A DNA stretch of 64,000 nucleotides. It comes from Octopus sinensis. Taxonomy: Eukaryota. The stretch is from assembly GCF_006345805.1 (NCBI RefSeq), contig NC_043024.1, forward strand, positions 16,244,001 through 16,308,000. Direction: 5' to 3'. Below are positions 10,736 to 23,676 of this stretch, piece after piece; the first letter of the stretch is position 1; each line of letters begins with the position of its first letter. The position numbers were made by a program, and so were the translations under genes. The notes beneath the pieces are model-generated. The model worked only from the letters and a program-made list of their open reading frames with translations, was not told the origin of the DNA and ran no database searches.

Positions 10736-11159
10736 AGAAATAGTTGCCAAATATTTCTCGAAGCATACTCTACCATTCTTAAAATTGGATACATTGCACT
10801 ATGTAGTCAAAGGTACACTATGCCAAAAAAGAGAAACAGACAGGATCTTTATGGCTGCAATGTTTCTGATCCCAAGTCCACTCAAATTGAGCTGACTTAG
10901 GGTTAAACAAAAGCAGCAAAAACAAGGTTATGATGATAATGACAACAGGAATTACGTTAACATCAACAACTAATTAGACAATTGGCTCCTTCAGACGCTT
11001 GCATTAAATGTCATCAATTACTAGAAATTGCATTTCATTGCCATGGTAACTTCAGGTTGATATGCTTCTGATTTATAGCTGGATGCACTCCTTCCTGATA
11101 TCATTGTTGATGACAACAGTCAACAAGGTTTTGGACAACCATCTAAAGAAAGTGACACT

Positions 11160-11512
11160 TCTTAACACTTTATCCTGTCAGATGTAATGCTTATTTAATC
11201 ACCTTGTTTTGAATCAGTCATGGATTATCTCATAGCTTTGAGATTTCAATGATGTGAACGTATGATTCTAGAATGACATTGTAGGGTAAGTGTGAGAGGC
11301 TTGAACATAAAACAGATAGAATATTTAGGCCAGAAACAGGTGGTTTGACCTCTTAGCATTTAGATTATTTTATCAAATGTAATACTTATTTATTCAAATA
11401 GTTTTGTATTAATCATGGATTATCTCACAGCTTCGAGATTTTAATGATGTGAGTGTTTATTGTTAGAGTGACATTGTAGGGTAGGTATGAGAGACAGGAT
11501 CTGGCCAGTTTG
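11160..11512 (+). mobile_element. Two decayed copies of piggyBac-type MITE family 2
   Basis: TGTAATGCTTATTT...GAGATTT.AATGATG...GACATTGTAGGGTA repeated twice; matches 22266-23335 and 63855-63967. Confidence 0.55.
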
Positions 11513-11514
11513 AT

Positions 11515-11850
11515 ATTCCCCCATTACTCCTTTTTATTATGAGTGGCTATGATTTCTACCATACTGTGGGTTCTCATTTCTTTATCCTCAGGGTTATCCT
11601 TCCGACGGATTTCCTTATAGGGTTTCCTAGCTACAACATCATGTCTCATTGGTAGATAAAACCCTGATGACATTTTCAGACAACTGCTTATGATGTGGGT
11701 GATATCTTGGGTGTTAATTCCACAAAGTCTGCATCGGTCGTCACATTTTACTGCTTTACCTGTATCTCCATCCCTTTTGTGCATCAGGTATTTCCTGTTT
11801 CTGGATTGCTGTTCTTCTGATTTACCCATATTGAACTTAGCCCTTCCCCC
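11515..11850 (-). pseudogene. R4/Dong-like non-LTR retrotransposon zinc-knuckle fossil
   Basis: CRLCGINTQDITHIISSCLKMSSGFYLPMRHDVVA fits the CxxC...H...C...RHDxVA motif of restriction-like-endonuclease LINEs. Confidence 0.75.
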
Positions 11851-11884
11851 TCTTCATCATTCTTTGTATCTTCCATTTTTCCTT

Positions 11885-12250
11885 TACTTTGTTTTGGTTA
11901 TTTGACCATGGCCATGCTGGGGCACCATTTTGAAAGGGTTTTTAGTTGAGCAAGTCAACCTCCTTTTTCCTTTTAAAAGCCCAGTACTTATTCTATTGGT
12001 GCCTTTTGCTGAACTGCAAAGTTACTGGGATGTAAACACACCAACACCAGTTGTCAAGCAGTGGTGATGGACACACACCCACATATATACTATGGGCTTC
12101 TTTCAGTTTGTGTCGACTAAATCCACTCACAACACTTTAATCGGCCTGAAGCTGCAGTAAAAACATCTTGCCCAAGGTGCCGCGCAGTGGGACTGAACCT
12201 GGAATCATATAATTAGGAAGCAAGCTTCTTACTACACAGCCACACCTGCA
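11885..12250 (-). mobile_element. SINE family A, diverged
   Basis: Reverse complement match including head. Confidence 0.8.
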
Positions 12251-12267
12251 CTTGTGTTCTTTATTCT

Positions 12268-12488
12268 TTTTATTCTTTTATTTGTTTCAGTCATTCGACT
12301 GCAGCCATGCTGGAGCACTGCCTTTAGTCGAGCAAATCGATCCCAGGACTTATTCTTTGTAAGCCTAGTACTTATTCTATCGGTCTCTCTTGCCGAACCG
12401 CTAAGTGACGGGGATGTAAACACACCAGCATCAGTTGTCAAGTGATGTTGGGGGCACAAACACAGACACACACAAACATATACATACA
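12268..12488 (-). mobile_element. SINE family A, 3' half
   Basis: Reverse complement match to tail half. Confidence 0.85.
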
Positions 12489-13055
12489 ATTTTTTCTTTT
12501 TTTACTTTAAAGAAGGGCTTCGACTGAAATGTTAGAATTCATATCTCCAGCATGGGCTTCCAATATGGACTTATCCATATCAAGCAAATGAGGGTATATT
12601 TCTGTGCTTCCTAGAGTGCTAGAAACAGCAGCAACGGCAACAACAGCATCAACAACAAGAGGAGCAGCAACAACAGCAACAGTAATAACAACAGCAACAT
12701 CAACAACAACAGCAGCCACTGCTGCCTCTACTGCACTCATCATCACCAGGAAGAACATACAACACAACAGACTTTGAGAGAGACAAAAATGGTGAGGCAA
12801 GTTACATGTGGAACAAATTTGATTCTACACAAATTTGATTCTGAAGTGGATTTCATAACCAGAGCCAAGCCTGCGTCAATGTCTGTATAGAGAGCAAGGC
12901 AGAAAGACAGCAAACACCTGCCCTGAATACAGACGAACTACTACTGGCACACCGGTCATCTCTATCAGAAGCAGCATTCACACAAATATCATCAAAACCA
13001 TTACAATTGCTCTCCCGCAGGTTCTCATCCATCGCCCTCCTCGCTACCACCAACA

Positions 13056-13290
13056 CCTATTTCTTTACTACCCACAAGGGGCTAAACACAGAGGGGACAA
13101 ACAAGGACAGACAGACGGATTAAGTCGATTACATCGACCCCAGTGCGTAACTGGTACTTATTTAATCGACCCCGAAAGGATGAAAGGCAAAGTCGACCTC
13201 GGCGGAATTTGAACTCAGAACGTAAAGACAGACGAAATACCGCTAAGCATTATGCCTGGCATACGAACATTTCTGCCAACTCGCCACCAC
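13056..13290 (-). mobile_element. SINE family B
   Basis: Reverse complement match to 10136-10367. Confidence 0.85.
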
Positions 13291-14063
13291 CAATACCATC
13301 AAAACTTTTACAACTATTATTCAACTGCTACCACCACCACCACCACATCTACTTTGACCCCACCACTACAACCATACGATGCACAGACACAGGTCTGCCT
13401 AAGCCTTTGCTGTCTCCCCCACTCGGCCATTCTTCACTACTGTGTGCTCAGTTATTGTCCATTTTCCTGTTGACCTTTTATTTGTCATGCACCGAGTCTG
13501 CATTGCATTGTCATTTCCCTTTAACATTCCGTATACACCCACATTACACCAACACACCTCATACTGCACACTGCCCTATATACACATATATATCCTGTTG
13601 TCTGTTTACTTATCCATCTATCTAAACACACACACACACAAGAATCCCCAGTCTTGGGGGAGTAATGTGTTCCTGAAAAACTTATCTGTAATGTGAAATT
13701 TATTTCACTGTTGATTCTCCTGTTTATAACATGAGAATGTCTTCCAAAAGATGTTTACAAAAGAGAAAGGAAAAAACAACAGCAAAAAACAAAAAAAAAA
13801 GCAAAACAAGAAGCTACAACCACAGTTTCTAAATATATGCAGTCCAACATTTATACGTAAAAACATTTGGTGAAAAACGTTAAAGAGTAAATAAAAAAAC
13901 AACATATTATTGTAATAGGATACATTCTTACAAAAGATGATGTCTAACATGTGAGGGATAGTGATAATGGAATGAGAGTTCCCTGGGAGAATGAAGGATT
14001 CTTTCTTCTAACTTTGCAGTTCTTCATCAACATTTACTTGAGCAACCAAAGAACTTTTCCAGA

Positions 14064-14970
14064 ATTACACTATAGATCTTTATTGCAATCAGACCTGGAC
14101 ATAATGCAGCAGTGGATCATGGACTGGCAACTCAAGCTGGCTGTGGACAAATGTACCACCATGCATTTTGAGAGGAAAAACCCAGCGTCTACTTACTCCC
14201 TCCACAACACTAATCTCAAAAAGTCTTCATGTGAACATGATCTGGGCGTTATTGTCGACAGCGATTTGTGTTGGACAAAACATATCGCTAAAATTGCCAA
14301 GAAGGCTGAGGGTGTCTTGGCATCACTCACCAAGTCCTTTGTGAGCCGCTCTCTGACTATCTATCTATCTGCGGCTTTATATAGCTATGGTGCAGCCTCA
14401 CCTGGAATTTGCACCACCGGTCTGGAACCCCTATCTTGCCCAGGATATTAATTGTCTGGAAACCGCGCAGCGATGTGCAACCAAGAGAATACCCTCCATC
14501 AGGCATTTGCCATATTCTGAACGTCTTACTTCCCTGGGCATGGATACATTGAAACTCCGATGTCTGGCCGCTAACTTGGCATAAATTTATAAACCATCTT
14601 ACTAACAATAACTCTGAGCACCTTTTCAAACTCCACCTGTCTAACATTCGTGGATATGTTTACAAAGTCAGAAAACGGCACAGCTCCCATGACTTTTGGA
14701 AACATTTTTTCATGCTAAGAGTTGCTGAAGTATGGAACAAACTGCCAGCATCAGTTATTAGTTGTCGGAGCACTGCATTCTTCCATGCTTCCTGAGATTC
14801 GCCAACACTACACCTGATTTTCTCCCCTCCATACACACGCAAGCATGTATCTGACTCGTACACTGTTCACTTCCCAGACATTTGTACATTACTGCATATA
14901 CTTTATACACACTTTTGACAAGTTGTGGTGCACCTGAGCACTGTATACAATAATTTCATTATTATTATTA
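14064..14970 (+). mobile_element. 5'-truncated CR1-like LINE (RT C-terminus plus 3' UTR)
   Basis: LQSDLD..QQWIMDWQLKLAVDKC, EHDLGVIVDSDL, HLEFAPPVWNPY, ETAQRCATKRIP, YSERL motifs with frameshifts; (ATT)n tail. Confidence 0.9.
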
Positions 14971-15110
14971 TATCTTTGTACAGCTCAGAGTAGGAACTGA
15001 GTTCATGTAATATGTTTCTTTACCTTCTTGGTTAGCACTGTGAATTATCGGTAAAATTTTGTGACTTATGTCTATAAGTGCCAACCTTTTAGCAATATTC
15101 TTTGCAATCA

Positions 15111-15513
15111 TAGGCGTAGGAGTGGCTGTGTGGTAAGTAGCTTGCTTATGAACCACATGGTTCCGGGTTCAGTCTCACCGTATGGCACTTTTGGCAAGTG
15201 TCTTCTACTATAGCCTCAGGCTGATCAAAGCCTTGTGAGTGGATTTGGTAGATGGAAACTGAAAGAAGCCCATTGTATATATGTATATATATATTTATAT
15301 ATATATGTATGTGTGTGTGTGTGTATATGTTTGTGTGTCTGTGTTTGTCCCCGCCCAACATCGCTTGACAACCGATGCTGGTGTGTTTACATCCCTGTAA
15401 CTTAGCGGTTCAGCAAAAGAGAGACCGATAGAATAAGTCCTGGGGTCAATTTGCTCAACTAAAGTCGGTGCTCCAGCATGGCCACAGTCAAATGACTGAA
15501 ACAAGTAAAAGAG
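15111..15513 (+). mobile_element. SINE family A
   Basis: Full-length match. Confidence 0.9.
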
Positions 15514-15679
15514 TAATTGAATTATATTAAGGAGGGTTGGCGGAATTTCCATATTCTCTGTTTGCTCTTCTTCTAACAACATCAGTTTCCCATTAAATGT
15601 GATTTCTCCAAGGGATACCTGCAACTCAACCACATCGTCCTGTGTGGCTTCTTGAAACCCTTTATCACATGCAAGTATA

Positions 15680-15915
15680 TTCTTTTTATTTGTTTCAGTC
15701 ATTTGACTGCAGCCATACTGGAACACCGCCTTTAGTCGAGCAAACTGACCCCAGGACTTATTCTTTGTTAAGTCTAGTACTTATTCTACTGGTCTATCTT
15801 GCCGAACTGCTAAGTGACAGGGATGTAAACACACCAGCATCGGTTGTCAAGCAATGTTGGGTGGGGACAAACACAGACACACAAACATATACAAACACAC
15901 ACAAATACATATATA
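15680..15915 (-). mobile_element. SINE family A, 3' half
   Basis: Reverse complement match; tail-to-tail with 15111-15513. Confidence 0.85.
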
Positions 15916-16264
15916 TATATATATAAATTTGTAAATAAGGATAATATCGATATTTAAATATCGATATTATCAAGTGGCCAGCATGGGAAAAAATACCGTA
16001 CAAAGGTAATAGTTTTTTACAACTAAAAATAAGGGTGTCTGAGAGACACCACCATGCCGAAATAGCAGTATTGAAAGAAATGAAATTGCTCTCTGAAAGG
16101 AATCAGGCTGGAGACCAAATAAAGAACTCTTGTGATGTATTTGAAGGGCTGACTTGTCTTTTCCAGGCTTGTACTTTATTTTCTTTATCTCTAAACAAAC
16201 CAACTGACTTAGTATTTTTATAAGAGACAGGGAAGAAAATTTTAATGCTTAAAGAACTTGTCAG

Positions 16265-16805
16265 TGTTGGATCACTCCTTTTGTGAGATGCATTGGTTCT
16301 CTAGAGGACAGGATCTGAGTAGATTTTGGAAACTGAAAATACTATTAATAATTTTCTGGAAGAGAATGTTGTGAAAAACAATTGGCGGATATATTTAGTA
16401 ATTTTTGTTGATGTAACTATCCATTCTAATGATCTAAATTTGGAGCTGCAGAGAAAGAACAAATTGTTATTTAGCTTGGTAAATGTTATCAATGAATTCA
16501 AGATGAAATTAAAACTGTTCATCTCTTAGTTAAAAAATGATGATTCGAACAAAGAACAAAGTTTCTATAACCGAAAGAACTGTGAATGTCCTGAAGATAA
16601 TGTCAATTTGACAAAATATGTTAAAAAAAAAAGAGAGAGAGAGAGAGAGAAAGAAAGAACTAGATTATTGCAAGTCATTTGAAAGTCGTTTTCAGGATTT
16701 TTTAAAGAAAACTGCATTCAAGCATTTATAAAGCTGTTTGCAATTAGCGAGGCAAAAATCATTAAAATGTCTTGTAATATAGAAATGGAACTCATTGACT
16801 TGTTT
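16265..16805 (+). pseudogene. hAT (Charlie/SPIN-like) transposase fossil
   Basis: HWFSRGQDLSRFWKLK, VIFVDVTIHSNDLNLELQRKNKL, FESRFQDF and IEMELIDL match GTF2IRD2/SPIN-type hAT motifs. Confidence 0.75.
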
Positions 16806-16847
16806 CTAAGCTGTATAAATGTAAACACAGATATGGACACATGCATA

Positions 16848-16990
16848 TAACATCATTATTTTAGAATCTGTTTTTCCATGCTAGCATGGGTCAGACAGTA
16901 TTTTTTGAGGCAAATTTTTTAATGCGGGATGCCCTTCCTGTTGTCAACACTTACTTGTTTCCTAGCAGGTTAATATTTCCCCATGGCTGA
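16848..16990 (-). mobile_element. RTE-type 3' tail fragment
   Basis: TTCCATGCTAGCATGGG and GGATGCCCTTCCT. Confidence 0.55.
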
Positions 16991-17114
16991 ACATGTTATC
17001 ATAGAATATTGGGAATGAAGAACACTGCTTCTATGATGATGCTTGTTCACAAATATTATACAATGTCAAGGTATGGAGATGCAAACACACACAGGCATTT
17101 CCACATATGTATAT

Positions 17115-17535
17115 ATATATATATTATAATAATAATAATAATAATAATAATGAAATTATTGTATACAGTGCTCAGGTGCACCACAACTTGTCAAAAATGC
17201 ATAAAAAGTACATGCAGTAATGCACAAATATCTGGGAAGCGAACAGTGTATGAGTCAGATACATGTTTGCGTGTGTAAGGAGGGGAGTAAACCAGGTGTA
17301 GTGTTGGCGAATCTCAGGAAGCATGGAAGTTTTGAAGGAAGCAGTGCTCCGACAACTAACAACTGATGCCGGCAGTTTGTTCCATACTTCAGCAACTCTT
17401 AGCATGAAAAAATGTTTCCGAAAGTCATGGGAGCTGTGCCGTTTTCTGACTTTGTAAACATATCCACGAATGTTAGACAGGTGGAGTTTGAAAAGGTACT
17501 CAGAGTTATTGTTTGTAAGATGGTTAATAATTTTA
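17115..17535 (-). mobile_element. CR1-like LINE 3' end
   Basis: Reverse complement of about 14570-14970 with (ATT)n tail. Confidence 0.9.
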
Positions 17536-17939
17536 TGGGTGAGACAAGATTCAGGTTTTATGGATTATGAGCAAAACGCCCCCCGTCCAATAGACAGTGC
17601 TGAGTTGTCAAACATTTAAACCAAATTTTCTCAAAAACAACTTCCGACCGTCCCATAGGCCTCCCCTTTGAGAAACACTGATTTAACCTAAATTTGAGAC
17701 ACCAGCAAAAGAAGAAATAAAGATAGACTTTTTTTTCTATTTCAAAGAAAAACAATTTTATTCACACAAATATGCAACCGAAGAGTTTAAAGTACCAAAA
17801 CTGATAAGGCTGTTGACTGGGAGAACACAAACATGGTTTAAACAGTAAGCTTGGCAGGAAAGAAACGTGACTTTAAGCAGTACAAAAACAACAAAAACTG
17901 GAAGGTGCAGTTATGTACAGGTTGACGGAAGAAAAGCAG

Positions 17940-18122
17940 GACAAAAACGGCTTTATCGATCGCATTCTCACCTGGAATCGATTTTTGCAATTTTTTCAAG
18001 ACTTATACATGCCCTGATACCATCGATATCTACATATCAAATTTGAGCGCAATCGGATGGAGGATGCCTGAGATCCGAGAAGACACACAGACAGAAAGAC
18101 CGAACGGATTTTATATAATAGA
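17940..18122 (-). mobile_element. Helitron-like 5' end fragment
   Basis: Minus strand starts A|TCTATTATATAAAATCC followed by (GTCT)-rich tract; no CTAG end found. Confidence 0.5.
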
Positions 18123-18369
18123 TATTCACTCTCAAAGCATTCTTCAGCCTGGTCCTATCATAGAATACATTTGCCTTATCATGCACTGGCACTGCACCCA
18201 AAACTATGTGGCTGGGATACACACTCAGCAGACTCGGACACCATTTCCAGATACCAAATTCTAGTCCCATGGTATTGGGCAGCCCAAACAACTACACAGC
18301 AAGATTGAATGTAAAACATATATTTGCAAAGCAAAATTTTTAACCATAAAGCATTTCTTGTGTCCATGA

Positions 18370-18752
18370 TCTCTCTCTATATAAACGGCAGTTTGTCTGT
18401 GCGTGTTTCTGTGTGTCTGTTTTCTTGTACCCTCACCCTGACCACGGCTTTCAACCGATTCTGATGAAACTTGACACACACATAGCCCAATGTCATAATT
18501 TAAAACTAACACAGCGAAAATTTTGAAAAGTTCCCCCAGTTCTGAAAAAAATCGATAAATTCGACATGGGGTCGAGAATCAGAAACACAAACCGCAAACT
18601 GTCTAGGGGACGCAACTCCACCTTTTTTAACTAAAAAAAAAATTTACCATCATTTTTTTCCATCTTTTTGCTATTTTTTGGCTATAACTCTCTAAAAATG
18701 CTTTATAGTTATTTCCCTTACAAACCTGGGCAACGCCGGGCGATACTGCTAG
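18370..18752 (+). mobile_element. Complete non-autonomous Helitron
   Basis: 5' TC, 3' CTAG, GC-rich hairpin CCTGGGCAACGCCGGG at 18725-18740, inserted between A and T, no TSD. Confidence 0.85.
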
Positions 18753-19397
18753 TATTTCATAAAAGATATTTATTTTTACCAAACATTGACAAGGAACATA
18801 AATCCAATTCCTGTGTGTGTGTGTGTGTGAGCAAAAAGGAATGAATGGTCCATTCTAAATCCAAGTTTGTTTTTTTTTAATGTTACTGGCAAAATACAAG
18901 CATTTCAATAAATTTTAAACGTTTACAAATTAATGTCTGTGCTCGCATGCAAAATATAGTTTCTTATCTTCATGTATGAATAGCTCAGCCAATTGTTGAG
19001 TTATTCATAGATCTTCACTTGCAGGCCTCAATGAAACTGCCATTGTTATGTCTGTATCGAGGTTATTTTTGTACTGATTACTTAAATCAGTTATATTATA
19101 AAAACTCAATACCGATAGACTTAATGGGGCAAGCAAGATAACTTTAATTGATTTTGACTACAGTCATTGCTACTGTGGCATCGCAGCTCCCACCCCAGAC
19201 CAACCCTGACTAGATAGACCTACAAACACAAGCAATCCATTCATGGTATTTCAGTCATATTGTATATGAAGGATTAGATTATCCTTCTTTACTTAGAAAT
19301 AGAAGTGCAAATTCAAGGGATATTTGGCTGTTATTTCTAGCAGGTTGTGCAACCCTATAGGAGTTATGTTAGTGCTTAAATCAAAGATAAGAAGGAT

Positions 19398-19794
19398 TAC
19401 TCTTTTACTCGTTACTCTTTTACTTGTTTCAGTCATGTGTCTGTGACCATGCTGGAGCACCGCCTTTAGTCGAGCAAATCCACCCCAGGACTTGTTCTTT
19501 GTAAACTTAGTACTTATTCTATCGGTCTCTTTTACTAAGTTACGGGGACATAAACACACCAGCATTGGTTGTCAAGCGATGTTGGGGGGACAAACACAGA
19601 CACACAAACATATATACATACATATATACGACAGGCTTCTTTCAGTTTCCGTCTACCAAATCCACTCACAAGGCTTTGGTTGGCCCAAGGCTATAGCAGA
19701 AGACACTTGCTCAAGGTGCCATACAGTGGGACTGAACCTGGAACCATGTGGTTGGTAAGCAAGCTACTTACCACACAGCCACTCCCGCGCCTAT
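19398..19794 (-). mobile_element. SINE family A
   Basis: Full-length reverse complement match. Confidence 0.9.
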
Positions 19795-20717
19795 AACTAA
19801 AAATTTTTTTAAATGTTTATTTGAAATGCTAGTACAACTACTGCAATCATCTCTTATAGAAATTTTAGATCTAGCTTTTTAGCTTGTAGCAAAATCAGTG
19901 AATGTGTGTTGCTTGAATTTATATATATTGTGAGCAGAGGCTATTTCTAGCAGAAATGGTGTTCATTACTAAAGAGAGGCAGAAATATCCCGAAACCAGA
20001 TTGCTCTGCTGGTCCCATCGCTAGAGGATGGTATGGATTCATTCCCGTGTTAGCAATATATCGGATGCAACTTTGCATCATTTACCAGCTAAAGGAGATG
20101 TCCTCTTGGGGTTAAAAAAAGTCCCAGTAAAGTCCGTTTGAACGGAACAGGGAGCGTAGTATGATCCTCAGCAAGTTAAAAGTGAGACATAGGATCTGTT
20201 GTTTGGACCCTTGTTATTTCAGCGACCCCGTGTGTACTACAGGAGTGCTCTGTCAGCTCTGATCTGGGGTTACACAACAACAACAACAACAACCCAACCA
20301 GGACCACCTCTTCTGGTTGGCCAAGTATATCATTGTAGTCTCCAATTAACGTGTCATTTTTCTCCTTGTTAAAGAATATTGATGACTAAATCAATAATAG
20401 TTATGTATTGATTATGTGTTGTTGACAGGAGAGTCATTTCCATGTTTCCCTAATGCTTCCTTTCCGAACTTTTTCTCCTTCAGCTGTCTCCCTATTGTCT
20501 TTCCAATGGAAGATATTGACTTGTAGGAGAACAGAACACCACCACTACCACCACCACTACTACTACTACGCCATTATCATTAACACCAACACCCCTACCA
20601 TGACATGAACACTGTCACACCACTACACTGCAACCACCACCTCCTTAGTTATTATCAACAGAACCAGCAGCACTGCCATAATACCAACACCACTACCACT
20701 ATCACATAAGCAGAAGC

Positions 20718-20754
<37 letters not shown>

Positions 20755-20993
20755 TGTATTTCTGTCAGTTTGTGTGTGTGTGTATGTGTGTGTAATCTTT
20801 GAGGATTTTTAAAAGAAGAGAAAGTACAGTTGCTTGGTGATACAGTCTGGATATATTATTTGAGGTTATTATTGGGGTACGGAGCATGGTGGGGATATCA
20901 TTGTTAGATCTACAGAGCACCACACCACACCATGATATCAGGGTATAAAGGAGATTTACGCAGTCATTGCATCTACTAGAAACAGCAGCCAAG

Positions 20994-21223
20994 GCAGCGA
21001 GCTGGCAGAAACGCTAGCACGCTGGACGAAATGCTTAGCGGTATTTCATCTGCTGTTACGTTCTGAGTTCAAATTCCACCGAGGTTGACTTTGCCTTTCA
21101 TCCTTTCGGGGTCGATAAATTAAGTACCAGTTATGCACTGGGGTTGATGTAATCGACTTAATCCCTTTGTCTGTCCTTGTTTGTCCCCTCTATGTTTAGC
21201 CCCTTGTGGGTAATAAAGAAATA
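20994..21223 (+). mobile_element. SINE family B
   Basis: 16 bp TSD AGAAACAGCAGCCAAG at 20978-20993 and 21224-21239. Confidence 0.9.
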
Positions 21224-22265
21224 AGAAACAGCAGCCAAGTATCTTTCAGTGCAAACTATGGTTTTAAAAATGGACATGGATAATATAATCACACAAGCTC
21301 TCAGCACTTAGGAAAAGACAGGTTGATTATAAGATTTTCTCAATCAGGATTACCTGGGGTTAAATAATACATGAGAATATACTATGTTACATCAAACTAC
21401 ATGAATAACAACAAAGACAATAACATCTTCGTTATCACCACCACCACCACCACACCATCATCTGTACACTTCATGATAGAATGGGAGTGAGCCCCTGGGG
21501 TTTTTTGGGAAGCAGTGGTATGTACTTTCTTCATGGGGATGGACAGAGGTAATGAAATGGTGGCATAGCAGACAAAGAAAAGGAAGCTGAAACCAAGGGC
21601 AATTACATCACATGAGAAGCCCATCTCTCGCTCTCATTCTCTCTCTCTCTCTCTCTCTCTCCCTCTGTCTTGGAGAAATGACCTTTGAAAAGCTGATGGA
21701 AGACTGATGAATCTACTCAACAAACTGTAAGAAGTGGGAGGGAATATTGTGCTGATTGAAGAGGAGACAGGATCTGATTGTGTGGAATATTTGAATGCTA
21801 GACTATTGGTAAAAGACAAAAGTCTGTAGAAAACTAGAGTGTAATTACCCCAGGGGACTAGGGAAATTATTGCCTTGTCCAACTGGGAAAATGCTCCCAG
21901 ATACGTTGGAGAACCAGTTTCCAGTATCAGGTGGGGAAAGTGGTTGCTCTGATCTAACCTAAAAGATGGAACATTCTAACTAGATTTTTATGTATCCATA
22001 TATGTCAGTTGTGGGAAACTTTCAAGAGAACTGAAAAGCAGAAGGCCTTCAGAGAAGAAACCTCACTCAAGCAAGTTCCTAGGCCCTTAACTTCTTATAC
22101 TCTAAAGGGACTGGGCTGGACCATGTCCAAATCATGGCTCTTGGGGGCCCTTCTGCTGACACTTTTTATCCTCTTAAATATCGGAAACTTGTGCTTTTAA
22201 ACCGTTTGGAGATTACATGTAATTGTAACTCCTTTCTGTTGGCTCAGCTTTCAAACTTATATTTG

Positions 22266-23335
22266 ACCCTTTAGCATTCAGATTATTCTGTCAAATGTAA
22301 TGCTTATTTATTTACATTACTTTTGATTAATCATGCATTATCTCAAAATTTTGAGATTTAAATGATGACGATCATCATCATCGTTTAACGTCCACTTTCC
22401 ATGCCAGCATGAGTTGAACAATTTGACTGAGGACTGGCGGACCAGATAGCTGCACCAGACTCCAATCTGATCTGGCAGAGTTTCTACAGCTGGATGCCCT
22501 TCCTAACCAATAACTACTCTGAGAGTGTAGTGGGTACTTTTACGTGCCACCAGCACGAGGGCCAGTCAGGCAGTACTGGCAACGGTTACGGAAAATCATG
22601 TTTTTTTTTTTATCCAGAAGAACTCATACATCAGTTTAGTGTTAGCAATTATGTGCAGGCTCAAGTGACAGTAAGGCAACACTGGTAACAATCACACTCG
22701 AATGGTGCTTTTTACGTGTCACCAGCATGGAAACCAGTTAGCTTCTTTGGCAGCAATAATGCTCAGATGGTGCTCTTAGCGCTCCACTAGCACGGATGCC
22801 AGTCATGAGGTGTTGACATTGAATTTTATTTCAATTTCACTTGCCTCAACAGGTCTTCGCAAGCAGAGTTTAGTGTCCAATGAAGGAAAGGTATGCATAA
22901 GTGGGCTGGTTACACCCCTGGCATAGACCACGTGGTTATGGTCTCACTTGGCTTGCCGGGTCTTCTCAAGCACAGCATATTTCCAAAGGCCTTGGTCACA
23001 AGTCATTGCCTCAGTGAGGCCTAATTTTCGAAGGTTGTGCTTCGCCACTTCATCCCAGGTCTTCCTGGGTCTACCTCTTCCACAGATTCCCTCAACCGCT
23101 AGGGTGTAGCACTTTTTCACACAGCTGTCCTCATCCATTCTCGCCACATGACCATACCAGTGCAGTCGTCTCTCTTGCACACCACATCTGATGCTTCTTA
23201 GGTCCAACTTTTCTCTCAATTGTTTATTATTAGAATGACATTGTAGGGTAGGTTTGAGAGGCCTAATCTGGCCAGTTTGAACATAAAACAAGTAGAATAT
23301 TTGGGCCTAATATGGCTGGTTTAAATGCTAATAGA
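22266..23335 (+). mobile_element. piggyBac-type MITE family 2 split by an RTE insertion
   Basis: 5' half ACCCTTTAGCA... to 22369 and 3' half 23220-23335 join into the family 2 sequence. Confidence 0.65.
22370..23219 (-). mobile_element. 5'-truncated RTE LINE
   Basis: LREKLDLRSIRCGVQERRLHWYGHVARMDEDSCVKKC...GRGRPRKTWDEV plus 3' UTR and (GAT)n tail. Confidence 0.9.
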
Positions 23336-23676
23336 CTCTGGCTGAAAAACCACGTCAATACTCCATTACAGGGGCTCTCTACTTAGAGAAGGATTTGAAG
23401 GTGTCAAGATAGAATTAGGATCAATAATCAATAAAATGTGTCTTTCTTTAGATTGCATAGAATCTGTAGAATTATAGAATTGCTGTTTATTTTAAATTTA
23501 ATTTATGATAATCAATAAAATTTACTGAATGTCACAGATTAAATTAAAAATAAATATTTCATTCTCTATTTGTAGAAATATTGCATTTATTATTATCTTT
23601 GAATTAATATTGGTTTTAATAATATAATTTTGGGCTCATCATGGTTGTCAAAAAAGGGAGTACAATCGTTTATATA

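Noticed and set aside
12610-13050. PolyQ-like stretch with protein-looking flanks
   Set aside because: Interrupted by TAA TAA and further stops, no continuous frame and no recognised motif
21700-21930. Frame EVGGNIVLIEEETG...ARLLVK...WENAP faintly like an L1/Tx1 ORF1; similar hint near 34650-34800
   Set aside because: Several stops and only scattered residue matches; needs a profile search
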